In this document: positions 62,360-64,000 of the stretch, in pieces | How positions within the stretch are numbered: position 1 is the first letter of the stretch | How the letters are laid out: each line of letters begins with the position of its first letter | Source of the DNA: a virus | Virus record (IMG/VR): IMGVR_UViG_3300047551_002812 | Span: 1 to 64,000 of that record | Direction: 5' to 3' (one strand) | DNA length: 64,000 nucleotides | Made by a program: the position numbers and the translations under genes | The notes under the pieces: generated by a model | The model's input: the letters and a program-made list of their open reading frames with translations, nothing else | What the model was told of the DNA's origin: nothing | The model's database searches: none

Positions 62360-64000
62360 TTAGAAGAGTTGTATTACGATACCCGGGTACATGCCCCCTG
62401 TCCCGAGCCTGTTGAACTTAGTCTCCAGCGGATCGGGAATCGTTATCGTCTCACCCGCGGCATTAACAGTGGTGGAGGATTGATCGAAGATCTCGGCTCT
62501 CGTCCAGTTCTGATATTCCTTGTTCACGCTGTCGTACTTGGTGGAGTACAGACCTATGATAAAACTCGGGGAGATGTTTTTGGATCTGAAGTAGACACCT
62601 ATATCGAAAGCGTCACTGATGATGTTCTTGATAGACTGCTTGGTGAGTGCGTTGCCCTCAAGACTGAATCTTCTTAACGCCGGAGTGAAGTTGGCTCCGG
62701 TTGCCATGCCGGTGATATTTTTAAGGGTGCCAGACCTGTATGTTGTGAGAAGATTGTTATTCAGGTAGGCGAATCTCAGTCCCACACAATTCTTGAACAG
62801 AGGTACGGATCCGGTCGCTCGCACACCTTGGAGATAGATCTGGTCTATCGCGATGTGATTGTCGAAGAAGGAACTTATGTCTTGACCTGCTCTGCGGAAT
62901 TTTAACGTTGCGGAGGTGACAGACACCTCACGATTAACGTACACGAATCGATTTCCCCTATCGATCTGGGTCACTCTTCCGACCTCAGTCGATCCGCTGT
63001 AGACAATATCCCCGACCATAACTTGGGAGTCGATCTGGAATCCACCAGGGTTACTCTGGTACAGTTTATCCGAGGTGGCGTTGGATGTATCATTGTTGTT
63101 CCTCGATGTCCAGGTTACACCCGGAGTTGTCTCCTCCGTCTCTCCGGTTACCAGAGGCGCGATCAATCTGCCCCTGCTCTCGGGCACAGTCCAGTTTCCC
63201 GGGTACCTCTGCGAGAGGGTCCCATCAAGGTTGACGTAGTTAAGAACTCCATTGTTCGACGAGGTGAAGAAGCTAGGCAACAGTGACCCACCCACGCCGG
63301 TGCCATTGGAAGGTCCGTAGATTGTCTGTACTCTGCTTGTTGCGGAGGATCCGAGCGAGGAGAGGTCCCTGAATCTGCAGTTATGGAACCAGGTATTGAA
63401 GTTTACGCCGGACGTGTTATTACTGGAGTATATTGTGGGGAACTTGCCAGTTATATACGAGTCGCCGATGTAAAACGTGGAGATGCGAGGTAGGTTCTTC
63501 AGATCTGTGGATCTGAACTCGAGATCTCTCGATGAGCTATTGAACAGTGAGTGAAGGTATACTGTTTGCAGAGGATGATAGGAGGTTCCGACCGACTCGT
63601 TTACAAAGTTTGATGGGAGGAGGTACTGTAGTCCGTCGGATGTCTCATAGCCGCTCCAGTTGTTGGCTCCGAAGTTGATGAAGGAGAGACTTGTGGCTCC
63701 GGACACCGAGGGGATCTTACCGTACCAGCCCGCGTACCAGGCCTCTATCGTTCCGAGTCTGGGGGCCTGGATGATATCCACCGAGGATAACGTCCCCACA
63801 TCTACCGAAGCGTTATACTTAACTTTATCGGATGTCTCCTGCGTGCCACAGTAGATGCAGTTTATACTGCTTAGTTTGTTCCAAGTAAGACTGGTTCCGG
63901 AAGCGATCCTGACCGCTATGTCCCTGTTATAGACATTGAGGCTCTGAGTCTCCGCTAACCACCCACTCCAGGCATCCGCGGCTGTCCCAGACGCTACAAA
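62360..64000 (-). CDS. Leucine-rich-repeat-like virion protein, 5' end outside the window
   Basis: Frame stays open from 63799 to the window end (checked by hand); LRR-like units AYLNNNLLT and FSLEGNALT. Confidence 0.7.
   Translation of the reverse strand, partial: FVASGTAADAWSGWLAETQSLNVYNRDIAVRIASGTSLTWNKLSSINCIYCGTQETSDKVKYNASVDVGTLSSVDIIQAPRLGTIEAWYAGWYGKIPSVSGATSLSFINFGANNWSGYETSDGLQYLLPSNFVNESVGTSYHPLQTVYLHSLFNSSSRDLEFRSTDLKNLPRISTFYIGDSYITGKFPTIYSSNNTSGVNFNTWFHNCRFRDLSSLGSSATSRVQTIYGPSNGTGVGGSLLPSFFTSSNNGVLNYVNLDGTLSQRYPGNWTVPESRGRLIAPLVTGETEETTPGVTWTSRNNNDTSNATSDKLYQSNPGGFQIDSQVMVGDIVYSGSTEVGRVTQIDRGNRFVYVNREVSVTSATLKFRRAGQDISSFFDNHIAIDQIYLQGVRATGSVPLFKNCVGLRFAYLNNNLLTTYRSGTLKNITGMATGANFTPALRRFSLEGNALTKQSIKNIISDAFDIGVYFRSKNISPSFIIGLYSTKYDSVNKEYQNWTRAEIFDQSSTTVNAAGETITIPDPLETKFNRLGTGGMYPGIVIQLF

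Noticed and set aside
1-64000. CRISPR arrays, tRNA/rRNA genes, integrase, transposase, reverse transcriptase/DGR
   Set aside because: No spaced direct repeats, cloverleafs or matching protein motifs were seen; intergenic gaps are short and mostly explained.
1-64000. Stop-codon reassignment
   Set aside because: Genes are full length under the standard code and all three stop codons are used as terminators.

Overview
The whole window is a gene-dense segment of a large contractile-tailed (myovirus-like) dsDNA phage. The host is probably cyanobacterial, judged from a Mo-nitrogenase-C-terminal-like protein, a SigF-like sigma factor and cyanophage-type hypothetical proteins. Virion genes (gp25, baseplate J/I, gp5-like spike, hub with peptidoglycan hydrolases, tape-measure-like protein, tail fibres, TerL) are interleaved with DNA-metabolism genes (ThyX, ThyA-like, NrdA-Grx, NrdB, dUTPase/dCTPase-like, dNMP kinase, primase, SF3 helicase, 5'-3' exonuclease). 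Two promoter classes can be read from the DNA: GTTTAAAG about 21-34 nt upstream of structural/late genes, and an extended -10 (TG[GA]TA[GT][AG]AT) upstream of replication genes. Best candidates for new biology: (1) a cytosine-modification pathway, with a ThyA homologue carrying the dCMP-specificity Asp alongside ThyX, a dCTPase-like enzyme, a dNMP kinase and a C5-methyltransferase-fold protein with a non-canonical cofactor motif; (2) a set of unrelated, mostly late proteins, including two ORFs missing from the track, that share a P[ED]GW peptide tag, possibly a virion-loading signal; (3) a kinase plus ADP-ribosyltransferase fusion effector. All assignments come from motif recognition by eye; no searches were run.
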